64,000 nucleotides of DNA from Clostridia bacterium (GTDB lineage: Bacteria > Bacillota > DAOUPZ01), in NCBI GenBank assembly GCA_030625885.1, contig DAOUPZ010000020.1, positions 3,728 through 67,727 on the forward strand. Direction: 5' to 3'. The notes beneath the pieces were generated by a model that did not search any database, had not been told where the DNA came from, and worked only from the letters and a program-made list of their open reading frames with translations. The translations under genes and the position numbers were made by a program. Positions 9,421 to 19,180 of this stretch are shown here, piece after piece. The first letter of the stretch is position 1, and each line of letters opens with the position of its first letter.

Positions 9421-9774
9421 CTTCATAACATCCGCCCACTGCTCCCCAAATTCAGCTTTAAGCCCTTTCAAGCTTGCTTCAATTAATCCTTTTATCTCTT
9501 CCTCTCCAATACTCAATCCATGTTTCCCCGCCTCTTGTGCCAACCATTGAGCTGCTTGCTCATATTTCTGTGACCCTTCAAACCCCCTGTAAAACTGCTG
9601 CACAAACTGTACTGCCAACCTAGCCAATTCCTGCTTTGCTTCCAACTCTTTCTGAATTCGCTGCATCTTCTCTACTCCAAGCTTACGTCTCAATAACTCC
9701 ACTAAAAAACCTGCCAGTATCGGTATAATAACCACTAGCAGGTCAGTCCCCAATTTTATTAACTTTGCTTCCAT
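9415..9774 (-). CDS. Holin-like protein (LL-H-type, N-terminal TM plus helical tail)
   Basis: 119 aa with a single N-terminal TM helix and a charged helical C-terminus. Immediately downstream of the endolysin. Confidence 0.5.
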   Translation of the reverse strand: MEAKLIKLGTDLLVVIIPILAGFLVELLRRKLGVEKMQRIQKELEAKQELARLAVQFVQQFYRGFEGSQKYEQAAQWLAQEAGKHGLSIGEEEIKGLIEASLKGLKAEFGEQWADVMKG

Positions 9775-9778
9775 GCCA

Positions 9779-10393
9779 CTATTTCACCCCTTTCAGAATA
9801 CGTAAAACATTCAGCGCAACAGCTAACACAAACCATTTAGTAGCTGGTTCATCCGGGTTATGATCATCAGTAATTATCCCAGCTTTCTTAGCATTTTTAA
9901 TAATGTTTAATTTCCATTGTTCGGGCATCTTTTTCTCTTCCTCCTTTTTGGCACTCCTGTAATGCTGAATAAATGCATCAGGAGTCTTCCAATTCCTAAT
10001 CAATGTTTTAACGCTCTTTCCTACAACATACTTAGGATCCTCAAAATGAGGATAGTCAACAAAGCTTTTAAAATCACCACCCCAGAAAAGGCCAATGCTT
10101 TTCCCTAAAGCACCTACTTTTTTGTAAAGGTCAATGCGGTTCCAGTTTACCTTACCATTTACTTTAACAGCAATATCAAAAGCTACTCCCCAACAGTGAG
10201 GGGAATATGGGTATCTCGCATTTGTAACCTTCCTACCAGGCTTGGTTCGTCCTTTGGCATATATATCTTCTTGCTCCTTTTTAGTTCGGAGTGTTTGGGT
10301 AATAATGATTTCTATCCCATTCTCCTTACAAAGTTCAATTAACTTACGGCAACTATCTGCTATTTCTGGATGCAACAGACTAATATCACGCAT
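9779..10393 (-). CDS. Endolysin, M15 (VanY-like) peptidase
   Basis: 'SPHCWGVAFD' and 'DYPHFE' metal-ligand motifs of the M15 peptidoglycan peptidase family. Located in the lysis cassette. Confidence 0.8.
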   Translation of the reverse strand: MRDISLLHPEIADSCRKLIELCKENGIEIIITQTLRTKKEQEDIYAKGRTKPGRKVTNARYPYSPHCWGVAFDIAVKVNGKVNWNRIDLYKKVGALGKSIGLFWGGDFKSFVDYPHFEDPKYVVGKSVKTLIRNWKTPDAFIQHYRSAKKEEEKKMPEQWKLNIIKNAKKAGIITDDHNPDEPATKWFVLAVALNVLRILKGVK

Positions 10394-10620
10394 TATATTA
10401 CACCTCCAATATCATCATTATCACTATTCTTTCTACTTCTTACCCACCCTGTTCCAACCTTTTGGCCAGCTGCTCCAAGCACTGCAGCAACCACAATGTC
10501 AGCAAAATTAGAATCCATGGATCCATATCGCCAATAAAGAAATAAACTACCCAATCCCAACATGATGGCCAGTATATCCACGACTGTGAGGCCATCATTG
10601 TCATTCCAAAAAGCTTTCAT
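10393..10620 (-). CDS. Small two-TM holin-like membrane protein
   Basis: 75 aa with two hydrophobic helices and a charged C-terminus. Its stop overlaps the endolysin start. Confidence 0.5.
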   Translation of the reverse strand: MKAFWNDNDGLTVVDILAIMLGLGSLFLYWRYGSMDSNFADIVVAAVLGAAGQKVGTGWVRSRKNSDNDDIGGVI

Positions 10621-10632
10621 ATAATCATCTCC

Positions 10633-10923
10633 CTATCTAATTCCTAAAACCGCATATACAATTAACGCTCCAATTACCGTACCTGATACTGCCCAAATTA
10701 GGGATGATGGGCGTCTTTCTATTTCATCAAATTTATTTACCAATGTATTGATTGAACCTTTGATCTCATTAAGAATGTTGAATATCATCTTAATCTGCTC
10801 ATCGCTTACTGCAGATCTTTTTTCAACTGCAGTTAATCTAATCTCAAATTCCTTTTGAACCTTATTTAGTTCAGCTATATTTTCTTTGATCATTTCATGA
10901 TTAGAGCAGTATGTATCTCCCAT
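10633..10923 (-). CDS. XhlA-like lysis-associated protein
   Basis: 96 aa with a coiled-coil N-terminus and a C-terminal TM (LIWAVSGTVIGALIVYAVLGI), as in PBSX XhlA. First gene of the lysis cassette. Confidence 0.6.
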   Translation of the reverse strand: MGDTYCSNHEMIKENIAELNKVQKEFEIRLTAVEKRSAVSDEQIKMIFNILNEIKGSINTLVNKFDEIERRPSSLIWAVSGTVIGALIVYAVLGIR

Positions 10924-10954
10924 GACACACCTCCATGATTAATATTTTTGGGCA

Positions 10955-10978
10955 TAAAAATAACGCCTAGTGGCGTTT
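10955..10978 (-). terminator. Hairpin plus T-run immediately upstream of the lysis cassette
   Basis: Minus strand has stem AACGCC/GGCGTT followed by ATTTTTAT. Confidence 0.45.
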
Positions 10979-10993
10979 AGTTAATACTTCATA

Positions 10994-11095
10994 CTATATT
11001 ATTCTGGATACGACATAGAGAATAATTGCCCATAACGGAATGCTAAATAAAACACCGTTTATAATCCCCCGTACTGCGCTTAAGTTTTCTTCCAT
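10994..11095 (-). CDS. 33-aa membrane peptide (not in the ORF track)
   Basis: Own translation gives MEENLSAVRGIINGVLFSIPLWAIILYVVSRII. RBS GGAGGTG lies 5-6 nt upstream, and the ORF is flanked by two terminators. Confidence 0.45.
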   Translation of the reverse strand: MEENLSAVRGIINGVLFSIPLWAIILYVVSRII

Positions 11096-11151
11096 GGTTT
11101 CACCTCCAATAATTAGCATTCCTTCTATCACAATTTTCTATGTACTCCCCC

Positions 11152-11181
11152 AATAATAAAAATAACACCTCAATGGGTGTT
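11152..11181 (-). terminator. Terminator after the tail-fibre genes
   Basis: Minus strand reads AACACC-CATTGA-GGTGTT followed by ATTTTTATTATT. Confidence 0.55.
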
Positions 11182-11188
11182 TACTTCT

Positions 11189-11989
11189 TTAATGCCCTAT
11201 CACATAACCGCGAACCATTTTCAACTTGTCCGTCGTATTGACGAATTTAATCCTTACTTTGTCTGTCGGGGCTGCTGTGGTTACAGCTTCATTTAACGCT
11301 AAAAGCATCTCATTTAAGTAAATTTCTACCCCGTCCGGCGCGTCAAATTCCAAAAGGGTGAAGGTATCGGCTGCGGCTGCTAGGGTGATTTCCTTCGTAA
11401 CGCATTGGCCCTGGGGTAAAAGCTGTACCATGTTTATGCCTGTGTTCGCGCTGTGGCCTGGTGCTGTTAGGTCTAGATCACTCTCGTTTAAGAATACGTC
11501 TGCTACAACGTGCTGCAAGCCTGCCGCTCCTGTTAAACCCTTGCATTTTTTAATTAATACTTCTTCCGCTGTGAATACTTCGGGCCTGTCCTTTATGGTT
11601 ACATACTTATTTACAATGTTTGGTATCATAACAGGCTCTAATTCTTCCCAGGCTATAGGTGCGTTTATCGTTACCGTTTCGCTGTGTTTTACGCCTTCTT
11701 CATCTACCCACTTATTCGTTACCTGGCGTTCTTCCCATTCTGTGGCTTTTTTAGCTTCCGTAACTTCGTCGTATGTTTCGTTTCCTTCTGCGTCAACTAT
11801 TACGTTGCCTTTATAAAGTAGCTGCCCCTGGTCGTTCGTTTTCTGCTTTTCGGGCTGTACTTCGCTAACTTCTTGAATGGTTTTACCTAATGTGAAATCT
11901 TCGGGTACATCAATACTAATTTGAAAAGGGTTGGCAGGGGAATTAACCCCTGCTACTTTGTTTGTGGTTTTATCAATAAGAATATTCAT
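11189..11989 (-). CDS. Tail-fibre-associated hypothetical protein
   Basis: 266-aa ORF directly downstream of the 1368-aa fibre gene. Assigned by position only. Confidence 0.35.
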   Translation of the reverse strand: MNILIDKTTNKVAGVNSPANPFQISIDVPEDFTLGKTIQEVSEVQPEKQKTNDQGQLLYKGNVIVDAEGNETYDEVTEAKKATEWEERQVTNKWVDEEGVKHSETVTINAPIAWEELEPVMIPNIVNKYVTIKDRPEVFTAEEVLIKKCKGLTGAAGLQHVVADVFLNESDLDLTAPGHSANTGINMVQLLPQGQCVTKEITLAAAADTFTLLEFDAPDGVEIYLNEMLLALNEAVTTAAPTDKVRIKFVNTTDKLKMVRGYVIGH

Positions 11990-11993
11990 TCGC

Positions 11994-14900
11994 TTATACC
12001 TCCTTTACTAATGGTCTGCCTTGTAAATCAAACGCCAATGTAACTGTACTACCACCTATTCCTATCTTATTTACATAAGTATTGTTGCTTGTGCGGATAT
12101 AGAGAACCCCTTTTAATTCACCATCAACAACCTTTAAAAACAATAATACACCTAAATAATTCACACCTTTTACTAAGTCAGATGGAACTACACAATACAC
12201 GCCTGGGTTATTATATTGATTACGCACATGCGTTAAGTCCATTTGTACTTTCCTCATGCCAATTAAGTATTGTGGCAACTCTATATTTGGTGTCAATATA
12301 TCACAAGTAAAATCATAAGCTTTAAGATTATCAATATCTTTAGTATCTATAATCTTATTTACTGCATTTAGATATTTTGTATCATAAGCCCTACTTCTTG
12401 CTGCCCCACTTCCTTCTGTTAAGAGATATACATAGTCATTAACTAAGTATTTATAACTATCCCAATTTGAGGGGTAATCATATAATTGCCAAGGCATATA
12501 ACCCCCATATGTTACTACCTTGTCATTCTCGTCAAGGTTAGGGAAGTAAGTTTCAATTTCCTTTGTTTCTTTCCGCACAAGCAGGATAGCACTTCTTCCG
12601 TCGTCCCTTCTTGTGTTTTCGGGTACAAGCATATCGTAGCCGTCTTTGCCTTTTAGCTTGACTTCGATATTAACGTAATCAGTATAGATAGCAGAAGCGG
12701 TTACACCATCACTTGCATCTGTATAGATTAAAGCATGAACAAACCCATCAGATCCTACACAATTATCTACCGTAGTGTAAGAATTTATAGGTTTTATTGT
12801 GCGATTTAAATATATAACACTAGGCGAACTATTTGTAAGTTTAGTTTCTGTAACCCACTTATTACTAATTGCCCCCCATAAAACCAAAGTTACAGAATTT
12901 CCACTTGGACAAGAACCATAACAATAGCAATTAATTTGTGCTACTTCTATATTATCCTTCAACCATTGTACTTTTCCTGCGGTGTCAAGTGCAGGGATAG
13001 TGCCATATTTATCCTCTACTATTCTAATAAGGTCAAAACTAAATAACTGTTGTGCTATTCCTCCATCTGTATATGATCCTCTTGATACTAAATTACCATC
13101 CAAACATTCTAAATTATTATAATAATTTACTCCTGCATCACCAAATTTAACCCAATCTCCGTCAACAGGACTTTGTAAGGTCTTGTCATTTGTATTACCT
13201 ACAACGTACGCTATATTAGGATTAACAGTCGTACTTCCATTTACTTTCCCTGCAAAGTCGTCTGTTACTGCCACATCACCTACTATTAATTTCTTACCAC
13301 TATATTCCCCTGCTAGTGTTTCGGTTAATACCTCGGGGATACCTCCCTGTCCTGCAATACAGTTAAGAGAATATTCCACTGAAACATCACTTGTACTTAG
13401 CTCACTTCCGCTGTCACTTCCAACTGTAAATGTTGCTTCATTTGTACCTAATCCACTCCATGTACCGTCCATAACCTTATTAGTTATATCAAATACCGAA
13501 GTAGCATTAGGTGGTGAAGTTGCCCAATCATCCCAACCACTATTTAAGGTGGCTATTTTGTTTGACCCTGTATAGTTAATTATTGTACGGGATTGTCCTA
13601 CTCCGTTGCCTGCTTTTATGGTTATAGTACAACCGTTATAATAATCATCAATACTACTGGCTCCTTCATCCAAAGTAATTGATATTGATGTACCGCTGCT
13701 TTGAGCATTTTTATTTAAACGTGGGTTGAATTTAACCACAGGGGAAGAAGTATCTGCGGTGGTTTCTATTAAAGTAGAATATTGATAATCATTTTCTCCT
13801 ATAATCTGAGTATTACAAGTAACTTTTTTAGTTTCTGTATCTATAGCAAGTATTGTAGCTTCTGAGGATGATGTCATATTCGTTGGTGCATACCAATTTC
13901 TAACAATATCATTAACAGACAATTTAGTTATATCATCTACAATGTAATTTACACTATCAACCCAACCAACAACTTTGGCTAAAGCAGTATCCGTATCAAT
14001 AACACCCGAAATAATCTCTCCACCTTTTCCTTTTACTTTGATAGTATCACTTGTTGCCCATTGTCCTCCTGTTACTTGGGTTGCTGTAATTCCTTCTGTA
14101 TGCCCTGTTCCTGCTCCTTTTGCAATTCCTAATGTGTATTGACTTGTTAATGGGTCAGCGTACTGCTTCCTCTGTCCTGTAAAAGCATTTTCAATACGGG
14201 CGTATCCGTCAATGAAGTCTTGTGGTAATGTAGCAAATACGTCGCCCCTGTCAATGTCGGAAATCATTAGGTCAGAAATAGAACAACCCAATGACGGTGG
14301 ATACGTTATTACACCATTCAAATCTCCTACTACTATATTTAATTCTGAAACATCTCCATACCAAGGATTTATGTCATTATACTCTCCTAGCTTTACTCCA
14401 TTTATATAAACAATAGCTTTATGGGTATTATTGTTTAATACAATTCTAACATGTGTTTCTACTCCTATTTCTCTAAGAGGGTTGTCTGCTGGTAAATCTT
14501 TCGAGTTCCAATCACCTGCACTAAAATACGTTCTTAAATAAGCAGAACTAAGATATATTAAAGGTTCTTTATTTTTATTTAAAAGAACCACGCTCCCAGT
14601 TCCAAATGCCCAATGATCTATTGTTAGTATATCGTTATATGGAATAGCGTAAAACATTTTATTACCACTTGTTGACTTCAATCCTATTCCAGTTGAAACT
14701 GGTAAGTATGTAGCTATTCCATATAGAACAGGCTCTCCCCCTACCTCTGCAGTAGTCGTACCATCAAAACTAGCATAAAATACTGTATTACTGTCAATAG
14801 GGGTCTTTCTAATCCCGTGATACGTTTTCAACATTTTGGTTTTCTCTTTCGTTTGCAGTTCCCCTCTTAATAGCTTATCAAAGTTTTCCTCTAATAACTG

Positions 14901-16100
14901 TTGATAGTTAAATCCTGTTAAGCTAACTTTGTGGCGAAGGTCAATGATGTCACGTTCTGCTATGATGTTAGCAAAAAGGTTGTCAGGTCTTGAATACTTA
15001 AATAACCCAAATAAGAATGCCCCATCATCATTAAAATAGCGTGTAGGTATGGTACAACAATTTTGTATAATAACTTTGTTATCAATAGTTTTTGAAATAA
15101 TTTTTATCCTATATATACTATCACTAGGTAATATAAATATATCTCCTTGTTCAATTTTATTATAATTCTCTTCTGTGTCTACAGTCCATTCTTGAGTTTC
15201 CCCAAAACTTAATTTAACTAAAGGTAAAGGTGCTTGTAGCTTAACCGTAAAATACTCTCTTGCACCATTCCCATTCTCTACTGAATACCCTCCGCTGTTC
15301 CTGCGGTGAACTCGAAAAAGAGGAATAGCATAACAGTAACCGTCTACTGTTTTAAGTATATCAGCACTTGCTTGGTCGCCTATTCCTGCAACATATAACC
15401 CAACATCAGTTAAGCAAACTTGACTTCCAAGTGTTGCCCAACCAGTATCGTTTCTCTTTACACAATCAAAAAATGCCCAATACTTTCTATCAGTAATATT
15501 ATCATATGATAATGGTTGACTATTACCACCTTGTGCTTGAACTGTATAATCATACCTTTGCTCAGTAGTATAAAAACCTAATCCTTCTTCTAAGCCTTCA
15601 AAATCTACCCCTGCTACTGTTCTAATTCTCCACTTCGTTTCCGTCTTTCCGTTTTCATCTTTCTCTTTCCAGGCTTCCAGGAATACCAGGTCGTCGCGTT
15701 CTCCTTCGGTTGGCGGGTCGGGTAGGTCTACGTCTAATGCATTTAACCACGCAGCGGACACACCCGAAAAACCTTCGCTCCCACTTACATGTATAATGTC
15801 ACCGTTAACGTGTACGTCAAACGCAGCTAATGCTATTTTATTTAAATATGACGGCACGTTAACCGAATACCCATCTATCTTGTTAATGTCCCTTATCGTG
15901 TCGTGCTTTATTACCCCGCTATGTATCGCTGCCCGCAACGCGTCTTTATTGTTTGCCATTCCTAACACACCCAGGCTAATAGCTTCCTCCATATGGTTAA
16001 AATTACCCGCGCTCTGTGGTGTCCCCTGCTGTATTACCTCCTGGGTTTCGCTATCTATAATATGGTCTTTCCATTTGATAGGGCTATAATCTTCTGTCAT
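11994..16100 (-). CDS. Large tail fibre / host-specificity protein
   Basis: 1368 aa and Gly/Thr/Ser-rich. Follows the baseplate genes, as in PBSX-like tails. Confidence 0.55.
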   Translation of the reverse strand: MTEDYSPIKWKDHIIDSETQEVIQQGTPQSAGNFNHMEEAISLGVLGMANNKDALRAAIHSGVIKHDTIRDINKIDGYSVNVPSYLNKIALAAFDVHVNGDIIHVSGSEGFSGVSAAWLNALDVDLPDPPTEGERDDLVFLEAWKEKDENGKTETKWRIRTVAGVDFEGLEEGLGFYTTEQRYDYTVQAQGGNSQPLSYDNITDRKYWAFFDCVKRNDTGWATLGSQVCLTDVGLYVAGIGDQASADILKTVDGYCYAIPLFRVHRRNSGGYSVENGNGAREYFTVKLQAPLPLVKLSFGETQEWTVDTEENYNKIEQGDIFILPSDSIYRIKIISKTIDNKVIIQNCCTIPTRYFNDDGAFLFGLFKYSRPDNLFANIIAERDIIDLRHKVSLTGFNYQQLLEENFDKLLRGELQTKEKTKMLKTYHGIRKTPIDSNTVFYASFDGTTTAEVGGEPVLYGIATYLPVSTGIGLKSTSGNKMFYAIPYNDILTIDHWAFGTGSVVLLNKNKEPLIYLSSAYLRTYFSAGDWNSKDLPADNPLREIGVETHVRIVLNNNTHKAIVYINGVKLGEYNDINPWYGDVSELNIVVGDLNGVITYPPSLGCSISDLMISDIDRGDVFATLPQDFIDGYARIENAFTGQRKQYADPLTSQYTLGIAKGAGTGHTEGITATQVTGGQWATSDTIKVKGKGGEIISGVIDTDTALAKVVGWVDSVNYIVDDITKLSVNDIVRNWYAPTNMTSSSEATILAIDTETKKVTCNTQIIGENDYQYSTLIETTADTSSPVVKFNPRLNKNAQSSGTSISITLDEGASSIDDYYNGCTITIKAGNGVGQSRTIINYTGSNKIATLNSGWDDWATSPPNATSVFDITNKVMDGTWSGLGTNEATFTVGSDSGSELSTSDVSVEYSLNCIAGQGGIPEVLTETLAGEYSGKKLIVGDVAVTDDFAGKVNGSTTVNPNIAYVVGNTNDKTLQSPVDGDWVKFGDAGVNYYNNLECLDGNLVSRGSYTDGGIAQQLFSFDLIRIVEDKYGTIPALDTAGKVQWLKDNIEVAQINCYCYGSCPSGNSVTLVLWGAISNKWVTETKLTNSSPSVIYLNRTIKPINSYTTVDNCVGSDGFVHALIYTDASDGVTASAIYTDYVNIEVKLKGKDGYDMLVPENTRRDDGRSAILLVRKETKEIETYFPNLDENDKVVTYGGYMPWQLYDYPSNWDSYKYLVNDYVYLLTEGSGAARSRAYDTKYLNAVNKIIDTKDIDNLKAYDFTCDILTPNIELPQYLIGMRKVQMDLTHVRNQYNNPGVYCVVPSDLVKGVNYLGVLLFLKVVDGELKGVLYIRTSNNTYVNKIGIGGSTVTLAFDLQGRPLVKEV

Positions 16101-16103
16101 TTC

Positions 16104-16397
16104 TTATACCTCCTTCACGTTGAATGTAAAGATAACTAAAATACCTTTAGTTTCCGGCTTCGATACGCTGTCTGGCCGTTCCGCTAAGACTTTACCACTT
16201 GTACCAATCAGCTTAAAATTTGTTACCGTCCCGCTGTAGCTGTCGTCGATATACAGCTTAACTGTAATATTTTCGCCGTCTAGCTGTGTTTCGTAAAGAT
16301 CAACATCGTAATTTGTGCCGTCCATTGTAAACTGTCCGTGTCCGATTAAGTCTAAAACTGCACTTGAAATCTCGTTAATTCCGTCTGTTGTTAACAT
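16104..16397 (-). CDS. Small baseplate/fibre-associated hypothetical protein
   Basis: 97-aa ORF tightly packed between the XkdU-like and fibre genes. Confidence 0.4.
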   Translation of the reverse strand: MLTTDGINEISSAVLDLIGHGQFTMDGTNYDVDLYETQLDGENITVKLYIDDSYSGTVTNFKLIGTSGKVLAERPDSVSKPETKGILVIFTFNVKEV

Positions 16398-16399
16398 TT

Positions 16400-17347
16400 C
16401 TATACCCCCTCGCCTGTTATTTTAGTGCCGCATAGCGGTATAAGGTAATCAACATCATGCAGCGCAAAACCTGGTGTAATATCTAATTCTGTGGCTGCAA
16501 ATACTGTTTGTTGGGTTTTGATATCCATATAAACGGTTCCGCATATCGTAGTCCCACACATTGGCCAATCGGTCAATCCCAGATTATAGCTTCCTGCAAT
16601 ATTTAATACGCTGTCCTCTTGTATCGTTTCCCCGGTTAATTCTCTACTGGATTGTACGATAATATCAATGTTGTTGCGCTCTTTCAAAACATCAACCGAC
16701 ATATTGACGGTTCCGCAAAGAGGAATAATGTAATCCGTTAACATAATATCAGATCCGGTTTCTATGCCTATGCCGCCTCTGCTAATCTTGCCAATAACTT
16801 GTTCCTCAACATACGTCCCCGTATACCTGGTTTCGCTCGTAAATGGAAAATCATAAACGTACTTCTCGGACGCGGTCTCTACCCCAATTTCTCCGCTTTT
16901 CTGAACGCCGAAATAATAATCCAAATGGGACGTATTAACCTCCTCAAAAACGCTCATAAAGTCTGGTAATATTAATGGCTGCGTGGAGTCTTTGAAAATA
17001 ATAAGGATTTTACCGTCGAATTTTACCTCAACTTCTCCGTCTGTAAATGCTGCTGCAATACCCTCTATGAGCTGCCTGTCAAGTTTGCCTCTAAGCCTCA
17101 TTTTTGACTTTATCATCGAGCGTCTTTCTTCGTATGGTTTGCTAAGATCCGTTGTAATCTCTAATAGCTTTTCATACTTTTCTAGGCCCCAGGTTGCGGT
17201 ATCAATAAAAAACTGATCCAAAACGTCTGCTGTCGCTGTGTCTATCTTGTCAAATTGTGGCCCTTCTGCTGCTGTAATTGCGTCCATTTCTACTATGTCC
17301 GTATATATCTCCAGGAGGTAGCTCTTAAGCTCGTCCGTATTATTCAC
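16400..17347 (-). CDS. Baseplate wedge protein, XkdU/DUF2313-like
   Basis: N-terminus 'LKSYLLEIY..EGPQFDKI...WGLEKYEKLL' resembles the DUF2313 tail-protein family. Follows baseplate J. Confidence 0.55.
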   Translation of the reverse strand: MNNTDELKSYLLEIYTDIVEMDAITAAEGPQFDKIDTATADVLDQFFIDTATWGLEKYEKLLEITTDLSKPYEERRSMIKSKMRLRGKLDRQLIEGIAAAFTDGEVEVKFDGKILIIFKDSTQPLILPDFMSVFEEVNTSHLDYYFGVQKSGEIGVETASEKYVYDFPFTSETRYTGTYVEEQVIGKISRGGIGIETGSDIMLTDYIIPLCGTVNMSVDVLKERNNIDIIVQSSRELTGETIQEDSVLNIAGSYNLGLTDWPMCGTTICGTVYMDIKTQQTVFAATELDITPGFALHDVDYLIPLCGTKITGEGV

Positions 17348-18377
17348 TCAATATCACCGTCCCTCTTACGGGAACTTCCGTCTCCTGCAATTCAATATTG
17401 GCTGTTCCTTCGTTCATAAGGAGATCCGAATAGTCAAGAACGCTGTCAGCTAAAAGAAGAATATTTCCTATTTGAGCTATCCGAACAACATTGTCCTCAA
17501 ATGCAAGCTCTTGGTAATATGCGTCTAATGCCGGGGTAATCTCTGCGGTGGCATTCTCTATTGTTCTGCCTGTTTTAAGTACCAATGTAACTGATATGTT
17601 AATAGCTTTCCCTGCTGCGCTCTCTACTGTGCAAAATGCCCCAATAGGAGCTACCCCATCCCCCAGGCCCGTAATCCCTGGGTCAATATAATCCTGTACC
17701 ATTTCAACCAACCCCGATGAAGCAGGCCCTTTCGTTGAGTCGATAATAACAACTTTAACTGTATTCGGGCCGTTCCAAAGTGGAAACACCTTCGCGTCTC
17801 CAACCCCTTCAACGTCTGTCGCCCATTTTTTGTACTGCGCCCGGTTTCCGTTTTCTGCGGGAGGTTGTAAACTCTCCTGATAACGCTCAAATAATTCCTC
17901 GTCCGTTTCTTCTGCGGCTCCTGGGACAACAATGTTTCCGATTGTTGAGGTTGTTAATCCGTTAATGTTATCAACGGGTATTAATGTGCTGCCTGTTATG
18001 ACGTTATTGCCCGCTTCTCCTGCTGTCTCACATTCTACTCTTTGGTTTTCTACTACCACAAAATAGAGATCATCTACAAAGAATCTGGCCCCTTCCGGTA
18101 CCGGAATATTGAATGTCGCTTCTCTAATTGCTTTTACTGCCGGGTTCCTGGTAATGTCCTTTTCTCCCACACGCTTATCAAGCCATTCACCGTTAGAAGT
18201 CTCCGCAAATCCGAGCAATAGAACGCTATTTAAATCAATATATTCCTGGGCCATCTTTGCCGCTGCCGGAGCAAGCGCGTCATAAATAATTGATCCTTCC
18301 CGCTTGTCTACATCATCCGGTACAGTATCAAGCATTTCCTGCAGAATGTTCTCAAACGTCCTATCCTCAAACACCAT
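17340..18377 (-). CDS. Baseplate J-like protein (XkdT-like)
   Basis: 345 aa. 'FENILQEMLDTVPDDVDKREGSIIYDALAPAA' is a typical baseplate-J N-terminus. Confidence 0.75.
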   Translation of the reverse strand: MVFEDRTFENILQEMLDTVPDDVDKREGSIIYDALAPAAAKMAQEYIDLNSVLLLGFAETSNGEWLDKRVGEKDITRNPAVKAIREATFNIPVPEGARFFVDDLYFVVVENQRVECETAGEAGNNVITGSTLIPVDNINGLTTSTIGNIVVPGAAEETDEELFERYQESLQPPAENGNRAQYKKWATDVEGVGDAKVFPLWNGPNTVKVVIIDSTKGPASSGLVEMVQDYIDPGITGLGDGVAPIGAFCTVESAAGKAINISVTLVLKTGRTIENATAEITPALDAYYQELAFEDNVVRIAQIGNILLLADSVLDYSDLLMNEGTANIELQETEVPVRGTVILSE

Positions 18378-18777
18378 ATTTCACCCCCTCTACTTTTAAA
18401 TAGCCTTCTGTTGTATCAACTTCAAAGCTAACAAATACCTCGTCCCCTATAAAGTCAAAAACAAACCCGTCAACCTTTAAAACCCTTTCATCATAAATAA
18501 TGGCTTCTGTTACCATGCGAGGTAATTCTGCCTCAATATACTCCTGGGTTATGTCCTGGCCCTTAAGGTCTAAGGCTTCGTTCCCGTACTGGCTGCTGTA
18601 AATCAAATACCTAAACCTCGCCGTACTAATTACTTTTAAAACAAACTGTTCAATGGCCTTAAGCCCGTCAACTTTCCCGATGATCCGCTTGCTTTCCAGG
18701 TCTAACTTATACGTCCTGGAAGTTTGCGGCTGCTGCTTTTGTATCTCCGGCATAGTAAAATCAGGTTCTAACCCCAA
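18367..18777 (-). CDS. Baseplate protein, XkdS/DUF2634-like
   Basis: 136 aa. Position and size are as for PBSX XkdS (gp25-like). Confidence 0.5.
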   Translation of the reverse strand: MGLEPDFTMPEIQKQQPQTSRTYKLDLESKRIIGKVDGLKAIEQFVLKVISTARFRYLIYSSQYGNEALDLKGQDITQEYIEAELPRMVTEAIIYDERVLKVDGFVFDFIGDEVFVSFEVDTTEGYLKVEGVKYGV

Positions 18778-19179
18778 TTAAATCACCATCCTGTCAACAA
18801 TCAAATATCTTTGGCCCTGGTCAAAAATAATAACCATAACCTTGTCCCCGACTTTCAAAACGTCCTCAAATTGCATTTCAACATAGCTCTGCTTAAAATG
18901 TGTGTAGGGCTTTTCGTCGTTATCCGTGTCCAAAAGATCCTTTTCAGTTCCATCCCCTAAATCCCTAACTGTACTTTCGTCATGCGTAATGGTTACAATA
19001 CGCTTATGCCGGGTTAAATGCTCTGCGGTTACAATTAAATCTTTCTTGATAATGTCTTTGGGATTGCCCCCGATCATAATTTCTATTTCCGGTGGTGCTT
19101 TCGTAACAGTCGCCTCCATAATGGAAATACTGTTAGCTCTGAATACTTCTAGGGCTATCTCCTGGATCAATGCTTTCAC
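18778..19179 (-). CDS. Baseplate spike/plug protein, XkdR/DUF2577-like
   Basis: 133 aa. Position is as for PBSX XkdR. Confidence 0.45.
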   Translation of the reverse strand: MKALIQEIALEVFRANSISIMEATVTKAPPEIEIMIGGNPKDIIKKDLIVTAEHLTRHKRIVTITHDESTVRDLGDGTEKDLLDTDNDEKPYTHFKQSYVEMQFEDVLKVGDKVMVIIFDQGQRYLIVDRMVI

Positions 19180-19180
19180 T

